A stretch of 64,000 bases of DNA, taken from NCBI RefSeq assembly GCF_009914755.1, contig NC_060939.1; one strand, 5' to 3'. The stretch's first letter is position 1. Each line of letters starts with the position of its first letter. Below are positions 11,601-26,648 of the stretch, piece by piece. Below the pieces are notes generated by a model. That model was given only the letters and a program-made list of their open reading frames with translations. It made no database searches and was not told the origin of the DNA. Both the position numbers and the translations under genes were made by a program. Origin of the DNA: the human T2T-CHM13v2.0 reference genome, Homo sapiens.

Positions 11601-14600
11601 GTGTCCACTGCATTCCATTCCACTCCATTCCATATTATTCCATTACACTCCATTCCATTCTATTACTTTCATTTCCATTCAATTCCATTCCATTTGATTC
11701 CATTCCACTCGGTTTCATTCCATTTGAGTCCACTCCATTCCATTCCATTCCATTCAGTTCCATTCCATTCTGTTCCATTCCATTCCGTTCCATTACATTC
11801 CATTCCATTCGGTACCATTCCATATTGTTCCATTCGATTCCATTCGAATCCATTCCATTCCAGTCCATTCCATTCGATTCCATTCCATTCATTTCAATTC
11901 CATTCCATTCCATTCCATTACATTCCACTTGATTCCTCTCCATTCCCTTCCACTGCATTCCGTTCGATTCCATTCCATTGCATTGCATTCCATTCCATTG
12001 GATTGCATTCCATTCGATTCCATTCCATTCGAATCAATTACATAGCAATCCATTACATTCGAGTCTATTCTCTTCCGTTCCATTCGATTTCGTTCCAATC
12101 CATTCGATTCCATTCCATTCGATTCCATTCCATACTATTGCATTCCATTCGATTACATTATATTCGAATAAGTTCCATTCAAGACCATTTCTTTTGAGTC
12201 CATTCTATTTGAGTTCATTCCCTTTGATTCCATAACATTTGAGTCCATTCAATTCCATTCCTTTCGTTTCCATTCCATTTGATGCCATTCCATTCAATTC
12301 TGTTCTACTCGACTCCAATACATTCAATTCCATTCCATCCGATTCCATTACATTCTTTTCATTTCTTATCCATTTCAAGCCATTCCACTCCATTCCATTC
12401 CACTCGTTTCCTTTCCATTCGAGTCCATTCCTCTCCAGTCCATTCCGTTCAATCCATTCCATTCCAGTCCATTCCATTCGAGTCCGTTCCATTCCAGTCC
12501 ATTCCATTCGAGTCAATTCCATTCCATTCGATGTCTTTCCATAACGATCCATTCCATTCTATTCCTTTCGATTCCATTCCATTCTATTTCATTCCATTCG
12601 ATTCCCTTCCATTGGACTCCTTTCCATTCGAGTGCATTCCATTCCGTTCCATTTCTTTCCGTTCTGTACGATTCCTACCGTTCGATTTCATTTTGTTCCA
12701 GTCCATTCTTTCGCGTCCATTCCATTCCATTTCACTCCATTCGATTCCATTCCACTCGATTCCACTTCGTTCCATTTCATTGCATTCCATTCTATTCAAC
12801 TCTATTGCCTTCCATTCCATTCCATTCGATTACATTCCATGTGATTCCATTCGAAATTGAATCAATTACATTGCAATCCATTACTATTGAGTCCGTTTTA
12901 TTCCAGTCCACTGCATTCTGGTCCATTCCATTTGATTCCATTCCATTCTATTCCATTCCATACAGTTGCATTCCATTGGATTCCATGCTATATCTATAAA
13001 TTCAATTCGAGACCATTGCTTTTGAGTCCATTCTATATGATTCCATTCCATTTAAGTCCATTACATTTGGTTAAATTCCATTCCATTCGGTTCAATTCCA
13101 TTCCATTCCATTCCCTTCCATTCCATTCCAGTTGATATCAATCCATTCGATTCCATTCCATTCGAGCACATTCCATTCGAGTCCATTCCATTCGATGCCA
13201 TTCCATTTGATTCTATTCCATTAGTCTCCATTCAATTCCATTAATCTCCATTCCATTCCATTCTACTCCAACTGATTCCATTCCATTCTATTCCTTTCCA
13301 TTCCATTTCATTCCATTCCATTCCATTCCATTCCATTCCATTCCATTCGTGTCCATTCCACTCCAGTCCATTCCATTCGTATCCATTCCATTCCAGTCCA
13401 TTCCATTTGTGTCCACTGCATTCCATTCCACTCCATTCCATATTATTCCATTACACTCCATTCCATTCTATTACTTTCATTTCCATTCAATTCCATTCCA
13501 TTTGATTCCATTCCACTCGGTTTCATTCCATTTGAGTCCACTCCATTCCATTCCATTCCATTCAGTTCCATTCCATTCTGTTCCATTCCATTCCGTTCCA
13601 TTACATTCCATTCCATTCGGTACCATTCCATATTGTTCCATTCGATTCCATTCGAATCCATTCCATTCCAGTCCATTCCATTCGATTCCATTCCATTCAT
13701 TTCAATTCCATTCCATTCCATTCCATTCCATTCCACTTGATTCCTCTCCATTCCCTTCCACTGCATTCCGTTCGATTCCATTCCATTGCATTCCATTCCA
13801 TTCCATTGGATTGCATTCCATTCGATTCCATTCCATTCGAATCAATTACATAGCAATCCATTACATTCGAGTCTATTCTCTTCCGTTCCATTCGATTTCG
13901 TTCCAATCCATTCGATTCCATTCCATTCGATTCCATTCCATACTATTGCATTCCATTCGATTACATTATATTCGAATAAGTTCCATTCAAGACCATTTCT
14001 TTTGAGTCCATTCTATTTGAGTCCATTCCCTTTGATTCCATAACATTTGAGTCCATTCAATTCCATTCCTTTCGTTTCCATTCCATTTGATGCCATTCCA
14101 TTCAATTCTGTTCTACTCGACTCCAATACATTCAATTCCATTCCATCCGATTCCATTACATTCTTTTCATTTCTTATCCATTTCAAGCCATTCCACTCCA
14201 TTCCATTCCACCCGTTTCCTTTCCATTCGAGTCCATTCCTCTCCAGTCCATTCCGTTCAATCCATTCCATTCCAGTCCGTTCCATTCGAGTCCGTTCCAT
14301 TCCAGTCCATTCCATTCGAGTCAATTCCATTCCATTCGATGTCTTTCCATAACGATCCATTCCATTCTATTCCTTTCGATTCCATTCCATTCTATTTCAT
14401 TCCATTCGATTCCCTTCCATTGGACTCCTTTCCATTCGAGTGCATTCCATTCCGTTCCATTTCTTTCCGTTCTGTACGATTCGTACCGTTCGATTTCATT
14501 TTGTTCCAGTCCATTCTTTCGCGTCCATTCCATTCCATTTCACTCCATTCGATTCCATTCCACTCGATTCCACTTCGTTCCATTTCATTGCATTCCATTC

Positions 14601-15849
14601 TATTCAACTCTATTGCCTTCCATTCCATTCCATTCGATTACATTCCATGCGATTCCATTCGAAATCGAATCAATTACATTGCAATCCATTACTATTGAGT
14701 CCGTTTTATTCCAGTCCACTGAATTCTGGTCCAATCCATTTGATTCCATTCCATTCTATTCCATTCCATACAGTTGCATTCCATTGGATTCCATGCTATA
14801 TCTATAAATTCAATTCGAGACCATTGCTTTTGAGTCCATTCTATATGATTCCATTCCATTCAAGTCCATTACATTTGGTTAAATTCCATTCCATTCGCTT
14901 CAATTCCATTCCATTCCATTCCCTTCCATTCCATTCCAGTTGATATCAATCCATTCGATTCCATTCCATTCGAGCACATTCCATTCGAGTCCATTCCATT
15001 CGATGCCATTCCATTTGATTCTATTCCATTAGTCTCCATTCAATTCCATTAATCTCCATTCCATTCCATTCTACTCCAACTGATTCCATTCCATTCTATT
15101 CCTTTCCATTCCATTTCATTCCATTCCATTCCATTCCATTCCATTCCATTCGTGTCCATTCCACTCCAGTCCATTCCATTCGTATCCATTCCATTCCAGT
15201 CCATTCCATTTGTGTCCACTGCATTCCATTCCACTCCATTCCATATTATTCCATTACACTCCATTCCATTCTATTACTTTCATTTCCATTCAATTCCATT
15301 CCATTTGATTCCATTCCACTCGGTTTCATTCCATTTGAGTCCACTCCATTCCATTCCATTCCATTCAGTTCCATTCCATTCTGTTCCATTCCATTCCGTT
15401 CCATTACATTCCATTCCATTCGGTACCATTCCATATTGTTCCATTCGATTCCATTCGAATCCATTCCATTCCAGTCCATTCCATTCGATTCCATTCCATT
15501 CATTTCAATTCCATTCCATTCCATTCCATTACATTCCACTTGATTCCTCTCCATTCCCTTCCACTGCATTCCGTTCGATTCCATTCCATTGCATTGCATT
15601 CCATTCCATTGGATTGCATTCCATTCGATTCCATTCCATTCGAATCAATTACATAGCAATCCATTACATTCGAGTCTATTCTCTTCCGTTCCATTCGATT
15701 TCGTTCCAATCCATTCGATTCCATTCCATTCGATTCCATTCCATACTATTGCATTCCATTCGATTACATTATATTCGAATAAGTTCCATTCAAGACCATT
15801 TCTTTTGAGTCCATTCTATTTGAGTCCATTCCCTTTGATTCCATAACAT

Positions 15850-17657
15850 TTGAGTCCATTCAATTCCATTCCTTTCGTTTCCATTCCATTTGATGCCATT
15901 CCATTCAATTCTGTTCTACTCGACTCCAATACATTCAATTCCATTCCATCCGATTCCATTACATTCTTTTCATTTCTTATCCATTTCAAGCCATTCCACT
16001 CCATTCCATTCCACTCGTTTCCTTTCCATTCGAGTCCATTCCTCTCCAGTCCATTCCGTTCAATCCATTCCATTCCAGTCCATTCCATTCGAGTCCGTTC
16101 CATTCCAGTCCATTCCATTCGAGTCAATTCCATTCCATTCGATATCTTTCCATAACGATCCATTCCATTCTATTCCTTTCGATTCCATTCCATTCTATTT
16201 CATTCCATTCGATTCCCTTCCATTGGACTCCTTTCCATTCGAGTGCATTCCATTCCGTTCCATTTCTTTCCGTTCTGTACGATTCCTACCGTTCGATTTC
16301 ATTTTGTTCCAGTCCATTCTTTCGCGTCCATTCCATTCCATTTCACTCCATTCGATTCCATTCCACTCGATTCCACTTCGTTCCATTTCATTGCATTCCA
16401 TTCTATTCAACTCTATTGCCTTCCATTCCATTCCATTCGATTACATTCCATGCGATTCCATTCGAAATCGAATCAATTACATTGCAATCCATTACTATTG
16501 AGTCCGTTTTATTCCAGTCCACTGCATTCTGGTCCATTCCATTTGATTCCATTCCATTCTATTCCATTCCATACAGTTGCATTCCATTGGATTCCATTGT
16601 ATATCTATAAATTCAATTCGAGACCATTGCTTTTGAGTCCATTCTATATGATTCCATTCCATTCAAGTCCATTACATTTGGTTAAATTCCATTCCATTCG
16701 GTTCAATTCCATTCCATTCCATTCCCTTCCATTCCATTCCAGTTGATATCAATCCATTCGATTCCATTCCATTCGAGCACATTCCATTCGAGTCCATTCC
16801 ATTCGATGCCATTCCATTTGATTCTATTCCATTAGTCTCCATTCAATTCCATTAATCTCCATTCCATTCCATTCTACTCCAACTGATTCCATTCCATTCT
16901 ATTCCTTTCCATTCCATTTCATTCCATTCCATTCCATTTCATTCCATTCCATTCCATTCCATTCCATTCGCTTCCATTCCATTCGTGTCCATTGCATTCC
17001 AGTCCATTCCATTTGTGTCCACTGCATTCCATTCCACTCCATTCCATATTATTCCATTACACTCCATTCCATTCTATTACTTTCATTTCCATTGAATTCC
17101 ATTCCATTTGATTCCATTCCACTCGGTTTCATTCCATTTGAGTCCACTCCACTCCATTCCATTCCATTCCATTCCATTCAGTTCCATTCCATTCTGTTCC
17201 ATTCCATTCTGTTCCTTTCCATTCCGTTCCATTGCATTCCATTCCATTCGGTACCATTCCATATTGTTCCATTCGATTCCATTCGAATCCATTCCATTCC
17301 AGTCCATTCCATTCGATTCCATTCCATTCCGTTCAATTCCATTCCATTCCATTCCATTCCACTTGATTCCACTCCATTCCCTTCCACTGCATTCCATTGC
17401 ATTGCATTCCATTCCATTGGACTGCATTCCATTCGATTCCATTCCATTCGAATCAATTACATAGCAATCCATTAAATTCGAGTCTATTCTATTCCGTTCC
17501 ATTCGATTTCGTTCCAATCCATTCGATTCCATTCCATTCGATTCCATTCCATACTATTGCATTCCATTCTATTACATTATATTCGAATAAGTTCCATTCA
17601 AGAGCATTTCTTTTGAGTCCATTCTATTTGAGTCCATTCCCTTTGATTCCATAACAT
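15850..17657 (+). repeat. A/B hybrid unit (unit 9, 1808 bp)
   Basis: A-type up to ~16900 (keeps GGTTAAATT...CGGTTCAA); B-type afterwards (CGCTTCC ~16969, GAATTC 17094, GGACTGC ~17419). Confidence 0.8.
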
Positions 17658-20600
17658 TTGAGTCCATTCAATTCCATTCCTTTCGTTTCCATTCCATTTG
17701 ATGCCATTCCATTCAATTCTGTTCTACTCGACTCCAATACATTCAATTCCATTCCATCCGATTCCATTACATTCTTTTCATTTCTTATCCATTTCAAGCC
17801 ATTCCACTCCATTCCATTCCACTCGTTTCCTTTCCATTCGAGTCCATTCCTCTCCAGTCCATTCCGTTCAATCCATTCCATTCCAGTCCATTCCATTCGA
17901 GTCCGTTCCATTCCAGTCCATTCCATTCGAGTCAATTCCATCCCATTCGATGTCTTTCCATAACGATCCATTCCATTCTATTCCTTTCGATTCCATTCCA
18001 TTCTATTTCATTCCATTCGATTCCCTTCCATTGGACTCCTTTCCATTCGAGTGCATTCCATTCCGTTCCATTTCTTTCCGTTCTGTATGATTCCTACCGT
18101 TCGATTTCATTTTCTTCCAGGCCATTCTTTCGCGTCCATTCCATTCCATTTCACTCCATTCGATTCCATTCCACTCGATTCCACTTCGTTCCATTTCATT
18201 GCATTCCATTCTATTCAACTCTATTGCCTTCCATTCCATTCCATTCGATTACATTCCATGCGATTCCATTCGAAATCGAATCAATTACATTGCAATCCAT
18301 TACTATTGAGTCCGTTTTATTCCAGTCCACTGCATTCTGGTCCATTCCATTTGATTCCATTCCATTCTATTCCATTCCATACAGTTGCATTCCATTGGAT
18401 TCCATGCTATATCTATAAATTCAATTCGAGACCATTGCTTTTGAGTCCATTCTATATGATTCCATTCCATTCAAGTCCATTACATTTGGTTAAATTCCAT
18501 TCCATTCGGTTCAATTCCATTCCATTCCATTCCCTTCCATTCCATTCCAGTTGATATCAATCCATTCGATTCCATTCCATTCGAGCACATTCCATTCGAG
18601 TCCATTCCATTCGATGCCATTCCATTTGATTCTATTCCATTAGTCTCCATTCAATTCCATTAATCTCCATTCCATTCCATTCTACTCCAACTGATTCCAT
18701 TCCATTCTATTCCTTTCCATTCCATTTCATTCCATTCCATTCCATTCCATTCCATTCCATTCCATTCCATTCGTGTCCATTCCACTCCAGTCCATTCCAT
18801 TCGTATCCATTCCATTCCAGTCCATTCCATTTGTGTCCACTGCATTCCATTCCACTCCATTCCATATTATTCCATTACACTCCATTCCATTCTATTACTT
18901 TCATTTCCATTCAATTCCATTCCATTTGATTCCATTCCACTCGGTTTCATTCCATTTGAGTCCACTCCATTCCATTCCATTACATTCAGTTCCATTCGAT
19001 TCTGTTCCATTCCATTCCGTTCCGTTACATTCCATTCCATTCGGTACCATTCCATATTGTTCCATTCGATTCCATTCGAATCCATTCCATTCCAGTCCAT
19101 TCCATTCGATTCCATTCCATTCATTTCAATTCCATTCCATTCCATTCCATTACATTCCACTTGATTCCTCTCCATTCCCTTCCACTGCATTCCGTTCGAT
19201 TCCATTCCATTGCATTGCATTCCATTCCATTGGATTGCATTCCATTCGATTCCATTCCATTCGAATCAATTACATAGCAATCCATTACATTCGAGTCTAT
19301 TCTCTTCCGTTCCATTCGATTTCGTTCCAATCCATTCGATTCCATTCCATTCGATTCCATTCCATACTATTGCATTCCATTCGATTACATTATATTCGAA
19401 TAAGTTCCATTCAAGACCATTTCTTTTGAGTCCATTCTATTTGAGTCCATTCCCTTTGATTCCATAACATTTGAGTCCATTCAATTCCATTCCTTTCGTT
19501 TCCATTCCATTTGATGCCATTCCATTCAATTCTGTTCTACTCGACTCCAATACATTCAATTCCATTCCATCCGATTCCATTACATTCTTTTCATTTCTTA
19601 TCCATTTCAAGCCATTCCACTCCATTCCATTCCACTCGTTTCCTTTCCATTCGAGTCCATTCCTCTCCAGTCCATTCCGTTCAATCCATTCCATTCCAGT
19701 CCATTCCATTCGAGTCCGTTCCATTCCAGTCCATTCCATTCGAGTCAATTCCATCCCATTCGATGTCTTTCCATAACGATCCATTCCATTCTATTCCTTT
19801 CGATTCCATTCCATTCTATTTCATTCCATTCGATTCCCTTCCATTGGACTCCTTTCCATTCGAGTGCATTCCATTCCGTTCCATTTCTTTCCGTTCTGTA
19901 CGATTCCTACCGTTCGATTTCATTTTCTTCCAGGCCATTCTTTCGCGTCCATTCCATTCCATTTCACTCCATTTGATTCCATTCCACTCGATTCCACTTC
20001 GTTCCATTTCATTGCATTCCATTCTATTCAACTCTATTGCCTTCCATTCCATTCCATTCGATTACATTCCATGCGATTCCATTCGAAATCGAATCAATTA
20101 CATTGCAATCCATTACTATTGAGTCCGTTTTATTCCAGTCCACTGCATTCTGGTCCATTCCATTTGATTCCATTCCATTCTATTCCATTCCATACAGTTG
20201 CATTCCATTGGATTCCATGCTATATCTATAAATTCAATTCGAGACCATTGCTTTTGAGTCCATTCTATATGATTCCATTCCATTCAAGTCCATTACATTT
20301 GGTTCAATTCCATTCCATTCGGTTCAATTCCATTCCATTCCATTCCCTTCCATTCCATTCCAGTTGATATCAATCCATTCGATTCCATTCCATTCGAGCA
20401 CATTCCATTCGAGTCCATTCCATTCGATGCCATTCCATTTGATTCTATTCCATTAGTCTCCATTCAATTCCATTAATCTCCATTCCATTCCATTCTACTC
20501 CAACTGATTCCATTCCATTCTATTCCTTTCCATTCCATTTCATTCCATTCCATTCCATTCCATTCCATTCGTGTCCATTCCACTCCAGTCCATTCCATTC

Positions 20601-23600
20601 GTATCCATTCCATTCCAGTCCATTCCATTTGTGTCCACTGCATTCCATTCCACTCCATTCCATATTATTCCATTACACTCCATTCCATTCTATTACTTTC
20701 ATTTCCATTCAATTCCATTCCATTTGATTCCATTCCACTCGGTTTCATTCCATTTGAGTCCACTCCATTCCATTCCATTCCATTCAGTTCCATTCGATTC
20801 TGTTCCATTCCATTCCGTTCCGTTACATTCCATTCCATTCGGTACCATTCCATATTGTTCCATTCGATTCCATTCGAATCCATTCCATTCCAGTCCATTC
20901 CATTCGATTCCATTCCATTCATTTCAATTCCATTCCATTCCATTCCATTACATTCCACTTGATTCCTCTCCATTCCCTTCCACTGCATTCCGTTCGATTC
21001 CATTCCATTGCATTGCATTCCATTCCATTGGATTGCATTCCATTCGATTCCATTCCATTCGAATCAATTACATAGCAATCCATTACATTCGAGTCTATTC
21101 TCTTCCGTTCCATTCGATTTCGTTCCAATCCATTCGATTCCATTCCATTCGATTCCATTCCATACTATTGCATTCCATTCGATTACATTATATTCGAATA
21201 AGTTCCATTCAAGACCATTTCTTTTGAGTCCATTCTATTTGAGTCCATTCCCTTTGATTCCATAACATTTGAGTCCATTCAATTCCATTCCTTTCGTTTC
21301 CATTCCATTTGATGCCATTCCATTCAATTCTGTTCTACTCGACTCCAATACATTCAATTCCATTCCATCCGATTCCATTACATTCTTTTCATTTCTTATC
21401 CATTTCAAGCCATTCCACTCCATTCCATTCCACTCGTTTCCTTTCCATTCGAGTCCATTCCTCTCCAGTCCATTCCGTTCAATCCATTCCATTCCAGTCC
21501 ATTCCATTCGAGTCCGTTCCATTCCAGTCCATTCCATTCGAGTCAATTCCATTCCATTCGATGTCTTTCCATAACGATCCATTCCATTCTATTCCTTTCG
21601 ATTCCATTCCATTCTATTTCATTCCATTCGATTCCCTTCCATTGGACTCCTTTCCATTCGAGTGCATTCCATTCCGTTCCATTTCTTTCCGTTCTGTACG
21701 ATTCCTACCGTTCGATTTCATTTTGTTCCAGTCCATTCTTTCGCGTCCATTCCATTCCATTTCACTCCATTCGATTCCATTCCACTCGATTCCACTTCGT
21801 TCCATTTCATTGCATTCCATTCTATTCAACTCTATTGCCTTCCATTCCATTCCATTCGATTACATTCCATGCGATTCCATTCGAAATCGAATCAATTACA
21901 TTGCAATCCATTACTATTGAGTCCGTTTTATTCCAGTCCACTGCATTCTGGTCCATTCCATTTGATTCCATTCCATTCTATTCCATTCCATACAGTTGCA
22001 TTCCATTGGATTCCATGCTATATCTATAAATTCAATTCGAGACCATTGCTTTTGAGTCCATTCTATATGATTCCATTCCATTCAAGTCCATTACATTTGG
22101 TTCAATTCCATTCCATTCGGTTCAATTCCATTCCATTCCATTCCCTTCCATTCCATTCCAGTTGATATCAATCCATTCGATTCCATTCCATTCGAGCACA
22201 TTCCATTCGAGTCCATTCCATTCGATGCCATTCCATTTGATTCTATTCCATTAGTCTCCATTCAATTCCATTAATCTCCATTCCATTCCATTCTACTCCA
22301 ACTGATTCCATTCCATTCTATTCCTTTCCATTCCATTTCATTCCATTCCATTCCATTCCATTCCATTCGTGTCCATTCCACTCCAGTCCATTCCATTCGT
22401 ATCCATTCCATTCCAGTCCATTCCATTTGTGTCCACTGCATTCCATTCCACTCCATTCCACATTATTCCATTACACTCCATTCCATTCTATTACTTTCAT
22501 TTCCATTCAATTCCATTCCATTTGATTCCATTCCACTCGGTTTCATTCCATTTGAGTCCACTCCATTCCATTCCATTCCATTCAGTTCCATTCCATTCTG
22601 TTCCATTCCATTCCGTTCCATTACATTCCATTCCATTCGGTACCATTCCATATTGTTCCATTCGATTCCATTCGAATCCATTCCATTCCAGTCCATTCCA
22701 TTCGATTCCATTCCATTCATTTCCGTTCCATTCCATTCCATTCCATTACATTCCACTTGATTCCTCTCCATTCCCTTCCACTGCATTCCGTTCGATTCCA
22801 TTCCATTGCATTGCATTCCATTCCATTGGATTGCATTCCATTCGATTCCATTCCATTCGAATCAATTACATAGCAATCCATTACATTCGAGTCTATTCTC
22901 TTCCGTTCCATTCGATTTCGTTCCAATCCATTCGATTCCATTCCATTCGATTCCATTCCATACTATTGCATTCCATTCGATTACATTATATTCGAATAAG
23001 TTCCATTCAAGACCATTTCTTTTGAGTCCATTCTATTTGAGTCCATTCCCTTTGATTCCATAACATTTGAGTCCATTCAATTCCATTCCTTTCGTTTCCA
23101 TTCCATTTGATGCCATTCCATTCAATTCTGTTCTACTCGACTCCAATACATTCAATTCCATTCCATCCGATTCCATTACATTCTTTTCATTTCTTATCCA
23201 TTTCAAGCCATTCCACTCCATTCCATTCCACTCGTTTCCTTTCCATTCGAGTCCATTCCTCTCCAGTCCATTCCGTTCAATCCATTCCATTCCAGTCCAT
23301 TCCATTCGAGTCCGTTCCATTCCAGTCCATTCCATTCGAGTCAATTCCATTCCATTCGATGTCTTTCCATAACGATCCATTCCATTCTATTCCTTTCGAT
23401 TCCATTCCATTCTATTTCATTCCATTCGATTCCCTTCCATTGGACTCCTTTCCATTCGAGTGCATTCCATTCCGTTCCATTTCTTTCCGTTCTGTACGAT
23501 TCCTACCGTTCGATTTCATTTTGTTCCAGTCCATTCTTTCGCGTCCATTCCATTCCATTTCACTCCATTCGATTCCATTCCACTCGATTCCACTTCGTTC

Positions 23601-24869
23601 CATTTCATTGCATTCCATTCTATTCAACTCTATTGCCTTCCATTCCATTCCATTCCATTACATTCCATGCGATTCCATTCGAAATCGAATCAATTACATT
23701 GCAATCCATTACTATTGAGTCCGTTTTATTCCAGTCCACTGCATTCTGGTCCATTCCATTTGATTCCATTCCATTCTATTCCATTCCATACAGTTGCATT
23801 CCATTGGATTCCATGCTATATCTATAAATTCAATTCGAGACCATTGCTTTTGAGTCCATTCTATATGATTCCATTCCATTCAAGTCCATTACATTTGGTT
23901 AAATTCCATTCCATTCGGTTCAATTCCATTCCATTCCATTCCCTTCCATTCCATTCCAGTTCATATCAATCCATTCGATTCCATTCCATTCGAGCACATT
24001 CCATTCGAGTCCATTCCATTCGATGCCATTCCATTTGATTCTATTCCATTAGTCTCCATTCAATTCCATTAATCTCCATTCCATTCCATTCTACTCCAAC
24101 TGATTCCATTCCATTCTATTCCTTTTTATTCCATTTCATTCCATTCCATTCCATTCCATTCCATTCCATTCGTGTCCATTCCACTCCAGTCCATTCCATT
24201 CGTATCCATTCCATTCCAGTCCATTCCATTTGTGTCCACTGCATTCCATTCCACTCCATTCCATATTATTCCATTACACTCCATTCCATTCTATTACTTT
24301 CATTTCCATTCAATTCCATTCCATTTGATTCCATTCCACTCGGTTTCATTCCATTTGAGTCCACTCCATTCCATTCCATTCCATTCAGTTCCATTCCATT
24401 CTGTTCCATTCCATTCCGTTCCATTCCATTCCATTCCATTCGGTACCATTCCATATTGTTCCATTCGATTCCATTCGAATCCATTCCATTCCAGTCCATT
24501 CCATTCGATTCCATTCCATTCCTTTCAATTCCATTCCATTCCATTCCATTACATTCCACTTGATTCCTCTCCATTCCCTTCCACTGCATTCCGTTCGATT
24601 CCATTCCATTGCATTGCATTCCATTCCATTGGATTGCATTCCATTCGATTCCATTCCATTCGAATCAATTACATAGCAATCCATTACATTCGAGTCTATT
24701 CTCTTCCGTTCCATTCGATTTCGTTCCAATCCATTCGATTCCATTCCATTCGATTCCATTCCATACTATTGCATTCCATTCGATTACATTATATTCGAAT
24801 AAGTTCCATTCAAGACCATTTCTTTTGAGTCCATTCTATTTGAGTCCATTCCCTTTGATTCCATAACAT

Positions 24870-26648
24870 TTGAGTCCATTCAATTCCATTCCTTTCGTTT
24901 CCATTCCATTTGATGCCATTCCATTCAATTCTGTTCTACTCGACTCCAATACATTCAATTCCATTCCATCCGATTCCATTACATTCTTTTCATTTCTTAT
25001 CCATTTCAAGCCATTCCACTCCATTCCATTCCACTCGTTTCCTTTCCATTCGAGTCCATTCCTCTCCAGTCCATTCCGTTCAATCCATTCCATTCCAGTC
25101 CATTCCATTCGAGTCCGTTCCATTCCAGTCCATTCCATTCGAGTCAATTCCATTCCATTCGATGTCTTTCCATAACGATCCATTCCATTCTATTCCTTTC
25201 GACTCCATTCCATTCTATTTCATTCCATTCGATTCCCTTCCATTGGACTCCTTTCCATTCGAGTGCATTCCATTCCGTTCCATTTCTTTCCGTTCTCTAC
25301 GATTCCTACCGTTCGATTTCATTTTGTTCCAGTCCATTCCTTTCGCGTCCATTCCATTCCATTTCACTCGATTGGATTCCATTCCACTCGATTCCACTTC
25401 GTTCCATTTCATTGCATTCCATTCTATTCAACTCTATTGCCTTCCATTCCATTCCATTCGATTACATTCCATGCGATTCCATTCGAAATCGAATCAATTA
25501 CATTGCAAACCATTACTATTGAGTCCGTTTTATTCCAGTCCACTGCATTCTGGTCCATTCCATTTGATTCCATTCCATTCTATTCCATTCCATACAGTTG
25601 CATTCCATTGGATTCCATGCTATATCTATAAATTCAATTCGAGACCATTGCTTTTGAGTCCATTCTATATGATTCCATTCCATTCAAGTCCATTACATTT
25701 GGTTCAATTCCATTCCATTCCATTCCCTTCCATTCCATTCCATTTGATATCAATCCATTCGATTCCATTCCATTCGAGCACATTCCATTCGAGTCCATTC
25801 CATTCGATGCCATTCCATTTGATTCTATTCCATTAGTCTCCATTCAATTCCATTAATCTCCATTCCATTCCATTCTAATCCAACTGATTCCATTCCATTC
25901 TATTCCTTTCCATTCCATTTCATTCCATTCCATTCCATTTCATTCCATTCCATTCCATTCGTGTCCATTCCACTCCAGTCCATTCCATTCGTGTCCATTC
26001 CATTCCAGTCCATTCCATTTGTGTCCACTGCATTCCATTCCACTCCATTCCATATTATTCCATTACACTCCATTCCATTCTATTACTTTCATTTCCATTC
26101 AATTCCACTCCATTTGATTCCATTCCACTCGGTTTCATTCCATTTGAGTCCACTCCATTCCATTCCATTCCATTCCATTCAGTTCCATTCCATTCCGTTC
26201 CATTACATTCCATTCCATTCGGTACCATTCCATATTGTTCCATTCGATTCCATTCGAATCCATTCCATTCCAGTCCATTCCATTCGATTCCATTCCATTC
26301 ATTTCAATTCCATTCCATTCCATTCCATTCCATTCCACTTGATTCCTCTCCATTCCCTTCCACTGCATTCCGTTCGATTCCATTCCATTGCATTGCATTC
26401 CATTCCTTTGGATTGCATTCCATTCGATTCCATTCCATTCGAATCAATTACATAGCAATCCATTACATTCGAGTCTATTCTATTCCTTTCCATTCGATTT
26501 CGTTCCAATCCATTCGATTCCATTCCATTCGATTCCATTCCATACTATTGCATTCCATTCGATTACATTATATTCGAATAAGTTCCATTCAAGACCATTT
26601 CTTTTGAGTCCTTTCTATTTGAGTCCATTCCCTTTGATTCCATAACAT
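24870..26648 (+). repeat. Type-C variant unit (unit 14, 1779 bp)
   Basis: Same diagnostic set as unit 4; CAAACC at 25506. Confidence 0.85.

Noticed and set aside
16141-23970. EcoRV site gain (16141) and loss (~23962)
   Set aside because: Single private substitutions with no evident significance beyond serving as markers.
24910-25836. Longest ORFs (308 aa; also 33864-34790 and 51762-52688)
   Set aside because: They arise when the +1 C and the 20-bp deletion of type-C units fuse neighbouring spurious frames. The sequence is the same low-complexity repeat.
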